Source: Comamonadaceae bacterium (GTDB lineage: Bacteria > Pseudomonadota > Gammaproteobacteria > Burkholderiales > Burkholderiaceae_C). From it: a stretch of DNA of 64,000 nt. Each line of letters opens with the position of its first letter. Position 1 is the first letter of the stretch. Position numbers and translations under genes: made by a program. Of the stretch, positions 37,419-47,500 are shown piece after piece. The stretch lies in assembly GCA_013823485.1 (NCBI GenBank), contig PNMF01000001.1, positions 26,693 through 90,692 on the forward strand. Reading direction: 5' to 3'. Below the pieces are notes generated by a model. It ran no database searches. It was not told where the DNA came from and saw only the letters and a program-made list of their open reading frames with translations.

Positions 37419-37453
37419 GAAACCCGAATGCAACACAACAACATGGTGACGAC

Positions 37454-38176
37454 ATGAATTGGGACTGGCAGGTATTCCTGACCGATGACGGCAGCGGCCG
37501 CACCTACCTGGAATGGATGATGGAAGCCTGGGGCTGGACGCTGTCCGTGGCCGCCTGGGCCTGGGTGGTGGCCATCCTCATGGGCACCCTGGTCGGCACG
37601 CTGCGCACGCTGCCCGACAGCCCCTGGCTGGTGCGGCTGGCCAACGCCTGGGTCGAGCTGTTCCGCAACATTCCCCTGCTGGTGCAGATCTTCCTGTGGT
37701 ACTTCGTGCTGCCCAAGCTGTTTCCGGTGATGCAGCAGCTCTCCGGCTTCGTGCTGGTGGTGCTGGCGCTGGGCTTCTTCACCTCGGCCCGCATTGCCGA
37801 ACAGGTGCGGGCCGGCGTGCAGGCCCTGCCGCGTGGCCAGCGCTACGCCGCCATGGCCATGGGCTTCACCACCGGTCAGGCCTACCGCTACGTGATCCTG
37901 CCGATGGCCTTCCGCATCATCCTGCCGCCGCTGACCAGCGAGTCCATGAACCTGCTGAAGAACTCGTCGGTGGCCTTTGCGGTGTCGATTGCCGAACTCA
38001 CCATGTTCGCCATGCAGGCCCAGGAAGAAACCTCGCGCGGCATCGAGATCTACATCGCGGTCACCGCCCTGTACGCCATCTCGGCCTTCGCGGTGAACCG
38101 TGTGTTCGCCTTCATCGAGCGGCGTGCCCGCGTTCCCGGCCTGATCGTGGCCGGCCAGACCGGCGGAGGCCACTGA
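37454..38176 (+). CDS. gltJ: glutamate/aspartate ABC transporter permease
   Basis: MNWDWQVF, ELFRNIPLLVQ, AEQVRAG, KNSSVA. Confidence 0.9.
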   Translation: MNWDWQVFLTDDGSGRTYLEWMMEAWGWTLSVAAWAWVVAILMGTLVGTLRTLPDSPWLVRLANAWVELFRNIPLLVQIFLWYFVLPKLFPVMQQLSGFVLVVLALGFFTSARIAEQVRAGVQALPRGQRYAAMAMGFTTGQAYRYVILPMAFRIILPPLTSESMNLLKNSSVAFAVSIAELTMFAMQAQEETSRGIEIYIAVTALYAISAFAVNRVFAFIERRARVPGLIVAGQTGGGH

Positions 38177-38177
38177 C

Positions 38178-38846
38178 ATGGGCGGACTCGACCTTGCCTT
38201 CTTCAACTGGGACGTCTTCAGCAAGTTCGTGCTGAGCGGCCTGTGGTTCAGCGTGCAGCTGACCATCGTGGCCACCATCGGCGGCATCCTGCTGGGCACC
38301 GTGCTGGCGCTCATGCGCCTCTCGGGCAACCCGATCCTGGCCATACCGGCCACCATCTATGTCAACGGCATGCGCAGCATCCCGCTGGTGATGGTGATCC
38401 TGTGGTTCTTCCTGCTGGTGCCCACCCTGATCGGCCGGCCCATCGGGGCCGAGATGTCGGCGGTGATCACCTTCATCGCCTTCGAGGCGGCGTACTTCAG
38501 CGAGATCATGCGGGCCGGCATCCAGTCGATCCCCCGCGGTCAGGTGTTCGCCGGACAGGCGCTGGGCATGACCTACAGCCAGAACATGCGTCTGGTGGTG
38601 CTGCCGCAGGCCTTCCGCAACATGCTGCCGGTGCTGCTGACCCAGACCATCATCCTGTTCCAGGACACCTCGCTGGTCTATGCCATCGGCGCCTACGACA
38701 TGCTCAAGGGCTTCGTGACCGCCGGCAAGATCTATGGCCGCCCCGAAGAGGTCTACCTGATTGCCGCAGTGGTGTACTTCGCCATCTGCTTTGCACTGTC
38801 GTGGATCGTCAAGCGGCTGCAGGCCCGCATCGCCATCATTCGTTAA
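38178..38846 (+). CDS. gltK: glutamate/aspartate ABC transporter permease
   Basis: RSIPLVMV, FEAAYFSEIMRAGIQS, LFQDTSLVY. Confidence 0.9.
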   Translation: MGGLDLAFFNWDVFSKFVLSGLWFSVQLTIVATIGGILLGTVLALMRLSGNPILAIPATIYVNGMRSIPLVMVILWFFLLVPTLIGRPIGAEMSAVITFIAFEAAYFSEIMRAGIQSIPRGQVFAGQALGMTYSQNMRLVVLPQAFRNMLPVLLTQTIILFQDTSLVYAIGAYDMLKGFVTAGKIYGRPEEVYLIAAVVYFAICFALSWIVKRLQARIAIIR

Positions 38847-38858
38847 TCGGTGAACAAC

Positions 38859-39596
38859 ATGATTGAAATCAAGAACGTCTCCAAGTGGTACGGCCCGGTG
38901 CAGGTGCTCAACGACTGCTCGGTGTCCATCAACAAGGGCGATGTGGTGGTGGTGTGCGGCCCCTCGGGTTCGGGGAAGTCCACGCTCATCAAGACCGTCA
39001 ATGGCCTGGAGCCCATCCAGAAGGGCGAGATCTTCGTCAACGGCGTGGCGCTGCACGACCCCAAGACCAACCTGCCGCAGCTGCGCAGCCGGGTCGGCAT
39101 GGTGTTCCAGCACTTCGAGCTGTTCCCGCACCTGAGCGTGACCGAAAACCTCACCATCGCCCAGATCAAGGTGCTGGGCCGCAGCGCCGACGAAGCCAAG
39201 GTGCGTGGCCTGAAGATGCTCGACCGCGTCGGCCTGATGGCCCACAAGGACAAGTTCCCCGGCCAGCTCTCCGGCGGCCAGCAGCAGCGCGTGGCCATTG
39301 CCCGCGCGCTGTCGATGGACCCGGTGGTCATGCTGTTCGACGAGCCCACCTCGGCGCTCGACCCGGAAATGGTCGGCGAGGTGCTCGATGTCATGGTGAA
39401 CCTGGCCAAGGAAGGCATGACCATGATGGTGGTCACCCACGAGATGGGCTTTGCCCGCAAGGTGGCCAACCGGGTGATCTTCATCGACGTGGGCGGCCAC
39501 ATCCTGGAGGACTGCTCCAAGGAAGAGTTTTTCGCCCACCCGGAAAACCGGCAGCCGCGCACCCAGGACTTCCTCTCCAAGATCCTGGGCCACTGA
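38859..39596 (+). CDS. gltL: glutamate/aspartate ABC transporter ATP-binding protein
   Basis: [39 protein letters not shown]. Confidence 0.93.
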   Translation: MIEIKNVSKWYGPVQVLNDCSVSINKGDVVVVCGPSGSGKSTLIKTVNGLEPIQKGEIFVNGVALHDPKTNLPQLRSRVGMVFQHFELFPHLSVTENLTIAQIKVLGRSADEAKVRGLKMLDRVGLMAHKDKFPGQLSGGQQQRVAIARALSMDPVVMLFDEPTSALDPEMVGEVLDVMVNLAKEGMTMMVVTHEMGFARKVANRVIFIDVGGHILEDCSKEEFFAHPENRQPRTQDFLSKILGH

Positions 39597-39605
39597 GTCC
39601 GGCCC

Positions 39606-40598
39606 ATGCGTCTGGCGGTCTGGCTCCTGTCGGCGCTGCTGTGCACGGCCACAGCGGTGCAGGCCGAGGGCTTCGACCTGCAGGGCCACCGGGGCGCACG
39701 CGCCCTGGCCCCGGAGAACACCCTGGCCGGGTTCACCCGGGCACTCGCCATCGGCGTGGACACCCTCGAACTCGACGTGGTGCTCAGCGCCGACGGCGTG
39801 CCGGTGGTGGCCCACGACCTGGCCCCCAACCCCGACATCACCCGCAACCGCCAGGGCCGCTGGCTGCAGAGCCCCGGCACGCCCTTCGTGCGCCAGACCC
39901 TGCGCCAGATCCGCCAGTGGGATGTGGGCCGCATCAACCCGGCCAGCCGCTATGCGCGCGACTTCCCCGACCAGCAGGCGGTCGACGGCGCGCGCATGCC
40001 GACGCTGGCCGAGGTCTACCGGCTGGTGAAGCGATCGGGCGCCGACCATGTGCGCCTGAGCATCGAGACCAAGATCGACCCGCGCCGGCCGCAGGCCTCC
40101 GCCGACCCCCGGCGCCTGGTGCAGGCGGTGCTGGAGGTGACCCGGGCGCACGGCATGCTGGGGCGCACCCAGCTGCAGAGCTTCGACTGGCGTACGCTCG
40201 ACGTCGCGCGGCGGCTGGCCCCCTCGTGGCCACGCGTCTACCTGACCGCCCGCCAGCCCCGCTTCGACACGTTGTCCGGCACCGCCTGGACCGGTGGCCG
40301 CCGCCTGAGCGACCACGACAGCGTGCCCGCGCTGGTGCGTGCCGCGGGTGGCCGCATCTGGTCGCCCCACCATGCCGACCTGGACCAGGCCACCCTGGAG
40401 GAAGCCCGCGGGCTCGGGCTGCAGGTGATCCCCTGGACCGTCAATGAAACCGCCGACATGGAGCGGCTGATCGACCGGGGTGTGAACGGCCTGATCACCG
40501 ACCGCCCCGACCGCCTGCGGCTGGTCATGGCCCAGCGCGGCATGCCGCTGCCCCCCGTCGTCACCCCTACTCCACCGCTTTCATCGCTGCCCCCATGA
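39606..40598 (+). CDS. exported glycerophosphodiester phosphodiesterase
   Basis: Signal peptide; GHRGARALAPENT, ELD, IETK, QSFD, WTVN, GLITDRPD. Confidence 0.92.
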   Translation: MRLAVWLLSALLCTATAVQAEGFDLQGHRGARALAPENTLAGFTRALAIGVDTLELDVVLSADGVPVVAHDLAPNPDITRNRQGRWLQSPGTPFVRQTLRQIRQWDVGRINPASRYARDFPDQQAVDGARMPTLAEVYRLVKRSGADHVRLSIETKIDPRRPQASADPRRLVQAVLEVTRAHGMLGRTQLQSFDWRTLDVARRLAPSWPRVYLTARQPRFDTLSGTAWTGGRRLSDHDSVPALVRAAGGRIWSPHHADLDQATLEEARGLGLQVIPWTVNETADMERLIDRGVNGLITDRPDRLRLVMAQRGMPLPPVVTPTPPLSSLPP

Positions 40599-40876
40599 AC
40601 ACCGACCCGAACCCGACACTGGAACGTCTGGACCAGGCCCTCACCGAACTCCAGGCCGGCCGGCTGGACACCCGCCAGTTCGTGGCGCTGGCCCGCGATC
40701 AGCCCGAGCTGCTGGCCCGGCTGCCCCCGCGCTACGCCGAGGTGCTGAACGGCCTGCTGGACCGGCTGGAGTCCAGCGCCCTGTTCGATGCCGAAAGCTG
40801 CTCCTTCAGCCAGCGCGACCTGACCGACAGCATGCGGCTGTGGCTGCAAAAGGCCACAGCGCTGCTGCAGGCTTGA
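40595..40876 (+). CDS. hypothetical protein
   Basis: 93 aa, 4-nt overlap with the upstream gene; LLDRLESSALF..ESCSFS segment. Confidence 0.7.
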   Translation: MNTDPNPTLERLDQALTELQAGRLDTRQFVALARDQPELLARLPPRYAEVLNGLLDRLESSALFDAESCSFSQRDLTDSMRLWLQKATALLQA

Positions 40877-40911
40877 CGGAACTCGGACACCCTGGCCGTA
40901 TCATTCCGCCC

Positions 40912-41328
40912 ATGCGCGTCTTTGCCCTGGTCCTGCTGATGCTGCTCATGCCCCTGCGGGCCTGGGCCGGTGACGCCATGGCCCTGTCGGTCCTGCCGAC
41001 GCAAAGCCACCTGCCGGCCCAGACCACCGACGCGCAGCCGGCAGATAGCCAGCCGGCGGACGCCCACGCCGCAGGGCACGGCGCCATGACCGGGGCCGCA
41101 GACCATCCGGATCACGCTGACCACGCCGGGCACGCCCCGATCGCCGACGCAGCCGCCGACGACCACTGCCCCAGCCACAACGCCTGCGATGTCTGCAACG
41201 GCCCGGTGTTGAGCCTGGCCGCGTGGCAGGACGACGCAGCGCCGGCCCCGCACCATGTTCAGGCAGCCCCTGACGTGCGCTTTGCCAGCCTGGTGCCGCC
41301 ACGGCGCCACAAACCCCCCATCGCCTGA
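40912..41328 (+). CDS. His/Cys-rich small protein preceding the copper operon (CopL-like)
   Basis: Signal-like N-terminus, DH repeats, HCPSHNACDVC, C-terminal KPPIA. Confidence 0.6.
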   Translation: MRVFALVLLMLLMPLRAWAGDAMALSVLPTQSHLPAQTTDAQPADSQPADAHAAGHGAMTGAADHPDHADHAGHAPIADAAADDHCPSHNACDVCNGPVLSLAAWQDDAAPAPHHVQAAPDVRFASLVPPRRHKPPIA

Positions 41329-41416
41329 CCTGAACCCCGGTTGCGCCGGTCGGTGACCGTGCCCGAAGGGGTGCGGCCTGCTGCCGGCGTCTGTTCAGAC
41401 TGTCAGGAGATGACCC

Positions 41417-42835
41417 ATGATCCGATTCACCCGGCCTTTGCTGGCTGGCCCGCTGGTGGCCGGCCTGTTGATGGCGGGCCACCTGCCCGCTGCGATGGCC
41501 GGCCTGCCCGGTGCAGCCGACGGCTTGACCGCCGCCGACCCCGCCGCCCAGGCCAGCCCCCCCGCGTGGCCCCTGCTGCCCGCCGAACCCTCGTCCGATC
41601 CGCCGGCCCTGCCCGAAGGGCTGCCCGCTGCCCGCGCCCAGTGGCAACGCGTCAATGACCAGGTGGCGGCCTTCGCCCGGGGTCACATCGACCTGTTGCG
41701 CTGGGAGCAGGCCCGTGCCGAGCCCGCAGCCGCCCCGGGTTCGACCCCGTCCGTGCCATCCGCGCCATCCGCGCCATCCGCTCCCGAACCGTTGACGCTG
41801 CAGGCCGCCCTGGCGGCCTCCATGAAGCACCAGCCCGAGCTGTTCACCCGGCCGGAGATGAACGCCCGCGAACGGGCCGCCGTGCAGGCCGCCTGGGCCC
41901 GCCATGTGCAGGGCGTGCACAAGGCCTGGGTGGATGCGGTGACCGCCCGCACCCGGGCCGCACTCATGGCTCAGGCCCACGATGTGGCCCGCACCGGTGC
42001 CGAACTCGGCCGCCGCATGGTGGTGGCCGGCAACTGGAGCCAGGCCCGCCAGATGCGGGAACAGCTGGTCGAGACCGCCGCCTGGCAAGCCCTGGTGTCG
42101 GCGCGGCTGGCCGAGCGCGCTGCCGTGGAGGCGCTGGCCGGCCGGCTGGGCCTGTGGCGGGGCCCGGACATCGTGGCGCTCGCCGCGCGGCTGCCCCAGG
42201 GTCTGCCGGCGCTGCCCGAAGCGGTGTGGCCCGGCCAGGCGGTGGACGCCGAGCGCATCGAAGCCCTGGCGCTGCAGGCCGACGCCGATCTGGCGCTGCT
42301 GCGCACCGAGGTGGAACGCGACCGCCGGGCCGCCGATCCGGCCCGCGAGGCCTTGCTGCAGGCCCGGCTCGACCAGGCGGTGGCCAGCGCCGGTACCGGC
42401 GCGTCGGCGCCCCCGCACGTCGCGGCACTGGAGCGCCCCGGCGATGCCGCCGCCGAGCGTTCGCTGCACGGGCAGGCGCGGCTGCTGTCGCACGCCGCCG
42501 AACGGCGCTCCGCCGCCCGGCTGGCCTGGCAGCAGGTGGCCTTGCGGCACGCCGCCGCCCGCCAGGCCACCGACGGCCTGATCAAGCTGCACACCGCGCT
42601 CGATCAGGAAACCCTGCTCCGCTACAACGGCATGCTGCAAAGCACCTGGGACCTGCTGGCCAGCGCGCGCGAACGCATCGGTGCGCTCGACACCGCGCTG
42701 CAGGCCCGCGCCGCCTACTGGCGCGCCCTGGCCGACGGCCAGGCCCTGCTGGCCGGCGCGCCGGCCTCGGCCGTGAGCCCCCTCCCCGACACCGCTGCGG
42801 CCGCCGGCACCGGCGCCGCCTCACCCGGACACTGA
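41417..42835 (+). CDS. divergent TolC-like outer-membrane/periplasmic protein of the copper cluster
   Basis: Helical; AELGRRMVVAGNWS and ETLLRYNGMLQSTWDLL motifs seen in TolC-family genes preceding copper oxidases. Confidence 0.7.
   Translation: MIRFTRPLLAGPLVAGLLMAGHLPAAMAGLPGAADGLTAADPAAQASPPAWPLLPAEPSSDPPALPEGLPAARAQWQRVNDQVAAFARGHIDLLRWEQARAEPAAAPGSTPSVPSAPSAPSAPEPLTLQAALAASMKHQPELFTRPEMNARERAAVQAAWARHVQGVHKAWVDAVTARTRAALMAQAHDVARTGAELGRRMVVAGNWSQARQMREQLVETAAWQALVSARLAERAAVEALAGRLGLWRGPDIVALAARLPQGLPALPEAVWPGQAVDAERIEALALQADADLALLRTEVERDRRAADPAREALLQARLDQAVASAGTGASAPPHVAALERPGDAAAERSLHGQARLLSHAAERRSAARLAWQQVALRHAAARQATDGLIKLHTALDQETLLRYNGMLQSTWDLLASARERIGALDTALQARAAYWRALADGQALLAGAPASAVSPLPDTAAAAGTGAASPGH
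41747..41782 (+). repeat. 9-bp coding tandem repeat (PSV-PSA-PSA-PSA)
   Basis: CCGTCCGTG CCATCCGCG CCATCCGCG CCATCCGCT. Confidence 0.7.
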
Positions 42836-42836
42836 C

Positions 42837-44270
42837 ATGAAAAACACACCTTCCTCCAGCAGCCGGCGGCAGTGGCTCACCGGCGCTGCGGCCACCGCCG
42901 TGACGGCCGTGAGCGCGGCCAGCGTCAGCCGCGTGGCCATGGCCGCGCTCCCCGAAGCGCCGCAGCAGACCTCGGCCGACACCGCCGGCCCCTGGACCCC
43001 GCCCGGCGTGACCGGCGCCGGCCGGCCCTACCAGCCGGTGGTCACCCTCAACGGCTGGACCCTGCCCTGGCGCATGAACAACGGCGTCAAGGAATTCCAC
43101 CTGGTGGCCGAGCCGGTGGTGCGCGAAATGGCGCCCGGCTTCCACGTCAACATGTGGGGCTACAACGGCCAGAGCCCGGGCCCGACCATTGAAGTGGTCG
43201 AGGGCGACCGGGTCCGCATCTTCGTGACCAACCGCCTGCCCGAGCACACCACCATCCACTGGCACGGCCAGCGGCTGCCCAACGGCATGGACGGCGTGGG
43301 CGGACTGAACCAGCCTCAGATCCCGGTGGGCAAGACCTTCGTCTACGAGTTCGAGGCGAAACGCCCCGGCACCTTCATGTACCACCCGCACGCCGACGAA
43401 ATGGTGCAGATGGCCATGGGCATGATGGGTTTCTGGGTCACCCACCCGAAGGGTCGGCATCCGCACATCGATCCCGTGCAGCGCGACTACTGCTTCCTGC
43501 TCAACGCCTTCGACGTGCAGCCCGGCAGCATGACGCCGCAGGTCAACACCATGCTGGAGCAGAACATCTGGGCCTGGAACAGCCGCGTGTTCCCCGGCAT
43601 CACGCCGCTGGTGGCCCGCCTGGGCGACCGGGTGCGGGTGCGGGTGGGCAACCTGACCATGACCAACCACCCGATCCACATCCACGGCATCGAGTTCGAG
43701 GTGAGCGGCACCGACGGCGGCCCGGTACCCAGAACCGCGCGCTGGCCGGAGGTGACCACCGATGTGGCCGTGGGCCAGATGCGGCAGCTCGAATTCATCG
43801 CCGACGAACCCGGCGACTGGGCCATGCACTGCCACAAGAGCCACCACACCATGGGCGCCATGGGCCACGGCGTGCCGACCATGATCGGCACCGACCACCG
43901 CGGCCTGGTGGGTGCCCTGCAGCGCGCGCAGCCGGACTACATGGTCATGGGCGAGCGCGGCATGGCCGACATGGGCGAGATGCAGATGGAGCTGCCCGCC
44001 AACACCTTCCCCATGATGACCGGCAGCGGCCCGTACGGTCCGATCGAGATGGGCGGCATGTTCACCACGCTGAAGGTGCGCGCCGGCCTGGGCGCCAACG
44101 ACTACCGCGACCCCGGCGACTACGCCATGCCCCCCGGCACCCAGGCCCGTGCGGTGGATGTGGGCCAGGCGCCGGCGCCCTCGCGCCCGGCGGCCACGCC
44201 TGCGCCGGCCAAAGCTACCCTTGAGGGTACGGCCCGCAAGCCGGCCGGCCACGGGCACGGCCACCACTAG
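42837..44270 (+). CDS. Tat-exported multicopper oxidase
   Basis: SRRQWL Tat signal; Cu motifs HWHG, YHPH, HPIHIHG, HCHKSHH; Met-rich region and His tail. Confidence 0.93.
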   Translation: MKNTPSSSSRRQWLTGAAATAVTAVSAASVSRVAMAALPEAPQQTSADTAGPWTPPGVTGAGRPYQPVVTLNGWTLPWRMNNGVKEFHLVAEPVVREMAPGFHVNMWGYNGQSPGPTIEVVEGDRVRIFVTNRLPEHTTIHWHGQRLPNGMDGVGGLNQPQIPVGKTFVYEFEAKRPGTFMYHPHADEMVQMAMGMMGFWVTHPKGRHPHIDPVQRDYCFLLNAFDVQPGSMTPQVNTMLEQNIWAWNSRVFPGITPLVARLGDRVRVRVGNLTMTNHPIHIHGIEFEVSGTDGGPVPRTARWPEVTTDVAVGQMRQLEFIADEPGDWAMHCHKSHHTMGAMGHGVPTMIGTDHRGLVGALQRAQPDYMVMGERGMADMGEMQMELPANTFPMMTGSGPYGPIEMGGMFTTLKVRAGLGANDYRDPGDYAMPPGTQARAVDVGQAPAPSRPAATPAPAKATLEGTARKPAGHGHGHH

Positions 44271-44300
44271 AGCGTTCACCGAACACCGAAAGCACACCGC

Positions 44301-44816
44301 ATGAAACCCATCAACCGACGCACCGCCCAGCACGGGCTGCTGGTCAGCCTGCTCGGGCTGGCCTGGCCCGGCCTGGCGCGGGCCCACGGGGACAGCCATG
44401 ACAAGCCCCGGACCGATCTGCCGCCCGAACAGAAGCCCTGGGGCATCGCCGGCGACCCGCGCAAGGTCAGCCGCACCATCACCATCCGCATGAGCGACGA
44501 CATGAAGCTCAGCCCCTCGCACCTGGAAGTGCGCCAGGGCGAGACGCTGCGCCTGCGCGCCGTGAATGCGGGGCAGGTGATGCACGAAATCGTGATCGGC
44601 ACCGAGGAAGAGCTGCAGGCCCATGCCGAGCTGATGAAGCGCTTCCCCGGCATGGCGCACGACGAGCCCTACATGGCCCATGTGCCGCCCGGGAAACGCG
44701 GCGACATTGTCTGGAACTTCAACCGGGCTGGCGAATTCGGATTCGCATGCCTGATCGCCGGCCATTTTGAAGCCGGCATGCGCGGCACCCTTCGTGTCAG
44801 ACCCACCCAAGGATGA
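44301..44816 (+). CDS. cupredoxin-family copper-binding protein (CopI-like)
   Basis: AHGDSH N-terminus, MHEIVIG, M.HDEP, FACLIAGHFEAGM (C-H-M site). Confidence 0.88.
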   Translation: MKPINRRTAQHGLLVSLLGLAWPGLARAHGDSHDKPRTDLPPEQKPWGIAGDPRKVSRTITIRMSDDMKLSPSHLEVRQGETLRLRAVNAGQVMHEIVIGTEEELQAHAELMKRFPGMAHDEPYMAHVPPGKRGDIVWNFNRAGEFGFACLIAGHFEAGMRGTLRVRPTQG

Positions 44817-44820
44817 ACCC

Positions 44821-45327
44821 ATGACCACCGCTTCCACTTCCGCTTCACTGCTCTCGCGCCGCCGCCTGCTGCGCGCCACCGCTGCCCTGCCCCTGGCCGG
44901 CCTCGCCGGACTGGCGCTGGCCCAGAACACCCCCGCCGCGCTGCCGGTGCTGCAGGTCTGGAAGGACCCCAACTGCGGCTGCTGCCAGGACTGGGTCAAC
45001 TACCTCCAGGCCGACGGCTTCGTGGTGCAGACCTTCGACACCGGCAACACCGCCGTGCGCCGCCGCCTGGGCCTGCCCGACCGCTACGGTTCCTGCCACA
45101 CCGGCCTGATCGGCGGCTATGTGATCGAGGGCCATGTGAACGCCCGCGAGATCCGCCGCCTGCTGGCCGAAAAACCGCAGGCCATCGGTCTGGCCGTGCC
45201 CGGCATGCCGGTGGGCAGCCCCGGCATGGATGGCGAGGTCTACGGCAACCGGCGCGACCCCTACGATGTGGTGCTGGTCCTCAAGGACGGCAGCTCGCGC
45301 GTTTACCAGTCTTATTTCCGCAGCTGA
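44821..45327 (+). CDS. DUF411/CopG-like metal-binding protein
   Basis: Tat-like SRRRLL; CGCC, SCHT, EGHV, LAVPGMPVGSPGM. Confidence 0.9.
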   Translation: MTTASTSASLLSRRRLLRATAALPLAGLAGLALAQNTPAALPVLQVWKDPNCGCCQDWVNYLQADGFVVQTFDTGNTAVRRRLGLPDRYGSCHTGLIGGYVIEGHVNAREIRRLLAEKPQAIGLAVPGMPVGSPGMDGEVYGNRRDPYDVVLVLKDGSSRVYQSYFRS

Positions 45328-45351
45328 ACGGCTGCTTTTCAGGAGTCCGAC

Positions 45352-45714
45352 ATGAAATCCACCCTCAGGACCACGCTCATGGCCACCCTGCTGGCCGCCG
45401 CCAGCTCGCTGGCCCTGGCCCAGCACAGCGGCCATTCGCCCGCCGTCTCTCCGTCTGCAGCCCCGCCGGCGGCAGCCGCTCCGGGCGCCCTGCCCTGGGC
45501 CGAGGCCGAGGTGCGTCGGGTCGATGCCGGGGCAGGCGCCGTGACGCTGCGCCATGGCGACATCCGCAACCTCGACATGCCCCCCATGACCATGGTGTTC
45601 AAGGCGCGCAACCCGGCCATCCTCAACGGCATCAAGGCCGGCGACAAGGTCCGTTTCACCGCCGACCAGATCAATGGCACCTACACCGTTCTCAGTATCG
45701 AACCTCGCCCCTGA
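45352..45714 (+). CDS. cusF: CusF-family periplasmic copper chaperone
   Basis: Signal peptide; VTLRHGDI.NLDMPPMTMVF, GDKVRF. Confidence 0.88.
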   Translation: MKSTLRTTLMATLLAAASSLALAQHSGHSPAVSPSAAPPAAAAPGALPWAEAEVRRVDAGAGAVTLRHGDIRNLDMPPMTMVFKARNPAILNGIKAGDKVRFTADQINGTYTVLSIEPRP

Positions 45715-45769
45715 GGCGTGCGGTTGTCCATGACAAATACGAATGTCATCATTTTTTGACGGAAAGGCC

Positions 45770-45797
45770 TCAAGCGCGGCAGGGACAGGCCCGATAT
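45770..45797 (+). promoter_or_regulatory. possible sigma28 promoter for the chemoreceptor gene
   Basis: TCAAG-N15-CCCGATAT resembles the TCAAG/TAAA...GCCGATAA consensus imperfectly. Confidence 0.35.
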
Positions 45798-45916
45798 GGC
45801 ATGCAATCGCCCGTGATATCGGCCCATCGGCTCCTGGCGCGGTCCCTAGACTGCCCTGAACCCGATCCCGCATCACCGGCGGGATCTGTTCCCAGTCCTG
45901 CACCGTGCGAGGCCCC

Positions 45917-47500
45917 ATGCGTACCAATCTGCCTGTCACCCACAACGAATTCGTCATTCCCGATGGCGTGACCCTGGTCTCCACGACCGACCTGCAGAGC
46001 CACATCACCTACTGCAACCCGGCGTTCATCGCGGTCAGTGGCTACGACCGGGAAGAACTCATCGGCCAGCCGCACAACATCGTGCGGCACCCCGACATGC
46101 CGCAGGAAGCGTTCCGCGACATGTGGGAAACGCTCAAGGGCGGCCAACCCTGGTCGGCGCTGGTGAAGAACCGGCGCAAGAACGGCGACCACTACTGGGT
46201 GGTGGCCAACGCCACGCCCATCATGGAGAACGGTCAGGCGGTCGGCTTCATGTCGGTGCGCACCAAACCCACACGGGAGCAGGTGCAGGCGGCCGAGGTG
46301 CTGTACGCCCGGATGCGGACCGAACGTGACGCCGGCCAGCAGGTGGTGGCGCTGCACAAGGGCCAGCTGGTGCACAAGGGTCTGCTGGGCACCTTGCGCG
46401 GCGCCCTGCGGATGACGCTGGGCCGGCGCATCGCGCTGATGTCCGTCGGACTGACGGCGGCGGGTCTGGTCGTCGGTGAACTGGCGGCGTCGCACGGCGC
46501 TGCGGTGCACGCCGGTGCTGCCGCCGTGCTGCTGGGCATCGCTGCCGGCGGCGCGCTGGTCCTGCGCCGCCAGCTGATCAACCCGCTCAACGATGCCATC
46601 CGCTTCGCCAACACCATGGCCGCAGGCGACCTGTCCGCCCGGTTCAAGGGCGCCACCACCGGCGAGTTCGGCGAACTGGCCAAGGCACTGAACCAGCTCA
46701 ATGTGAACCTGCAGGCGGTGGTGTCCGATGTGCGCCACGAGGTCGAGGGCGTGCAGGTGGCCTCCAACCAGATTGCCAGCGGCAACCAGGACCTGTCCTC
46801 CCGCACCGAGGCCCAGGCCAGCAGCCTGGAAGAGACCGCCGCGTCGATGGAAGAACTCACCAGCACCGTGGCCCAGAGCGCGAATTCCTCGCGCGAAGCC
46901 GCCACGCTGTCCGAAAAGGCGGCCATGGTGGCCCGCGAAGGCAACCTGGCGATGGGACAGGTGGTGAGCACCATGGAAGACATCAGCAAGTCGTCGGCCC
47001 GCATCGGCGAAATCATCCAGGTGATCGACGGCATCTCGTTCCAGACCAACATCCTGGCCCTCAACGCTGCCGTGGAAGCCGCCCGTGCCGGTGAACAAGG
47101 CCGTGGATTTGCGGTGGTGGCCGGCGAGGTCCGCAACCTCGCGCAGCGCACCCTGTCGGCGGCCAAGGAGATCAAGGTGCTGATCGACGAGTCGTCGAAC
47201 AAGGTGGCCCAGGGCAGCCAGCTGGTGCACAACGCCGGTCAGACCATGGGCAACGTGGTCAAGGCGGTCGAGCAGGTGAACGGCCTGATCGGCGAGATCA
47301 CCAGCGCCACCAACGAACAGTCCATGGGCATCGGCCAGATCAACCAGGCGGTCGGACAGCTGGACTCGGTCACCCAGCAGAACTCGGCCATGGTGGAAGA
47401 ACTGGCCGCAGCCGCCAGCTCGCTGCAGGCCCAGGCCCAGGTGATGAACGAGGCGGTGCGCATCTTCCGCCTCGAGCGCCGCAGCGCCATCCCCGCCTGA
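45917..47500 (+). CDS. aer: Aer-like PAS-domain methyl-accepting chemotaxis protein
   Basis: PAS (LVSTTD, HNIVRHPDMP, WSALVKNRRKNGDHYWV), TM hairpin, HAMP, MCP signature QTNILALNAAVEAARAGEQGRGFAVVA. Confidence 0.9.
   Translation: MRTNLPVTHNEFVIPDGVTLVSTTDLQSHITYCNPAFIAVSGYDREELIGQPHNIVRHPDMPQEAFRDMWETLKGGQPWSALVKNRRKNGDHYWVVANATPIMENGQAVGFMSVRTKPTREQVQAAEVLYARMRTERDAGQQVVALHKGQLVHKGLLGTLRGALRMTLGRRIALMSVGLTAAGLVVGELAASHGAAVHAGAAAVLLGIAAGGALVLRRQLINPLNDAIRFANTMAAGDLSARFKGATTGEFGELAKALNQLNVNLQAVVSDVRHEVEGVQVASNQIASGNQDLSSRTEAQASSLEETAASMEELTSTVAQSANSSREAATLSEKAAMVAREGNLAMGQVVSTMEDISKSSARIGEIIQVIDGISFQTNILALNAAVEAARAGEQGRGFAVVAGEVRNLAQRTLSAAKEIKVLIDESSNKVAQGSQLVHNAGQTMGNVVKAVEQVNGLIGEITSATNEQSMGIGQINQAVGQLDSVTQQNSAMVEELAAAASSLQAQAQVMNEAVRIFRLERRSAIPA

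Noticed and set aside
45730-45749. ATGACA-N8-TGTCAT as a CusR/CopR box
   Set aside because: The half-sites match but the spacing is 8 nt rather than 4, and it lies downstream of the copper operon. It may be another operator or a weak hairpin.
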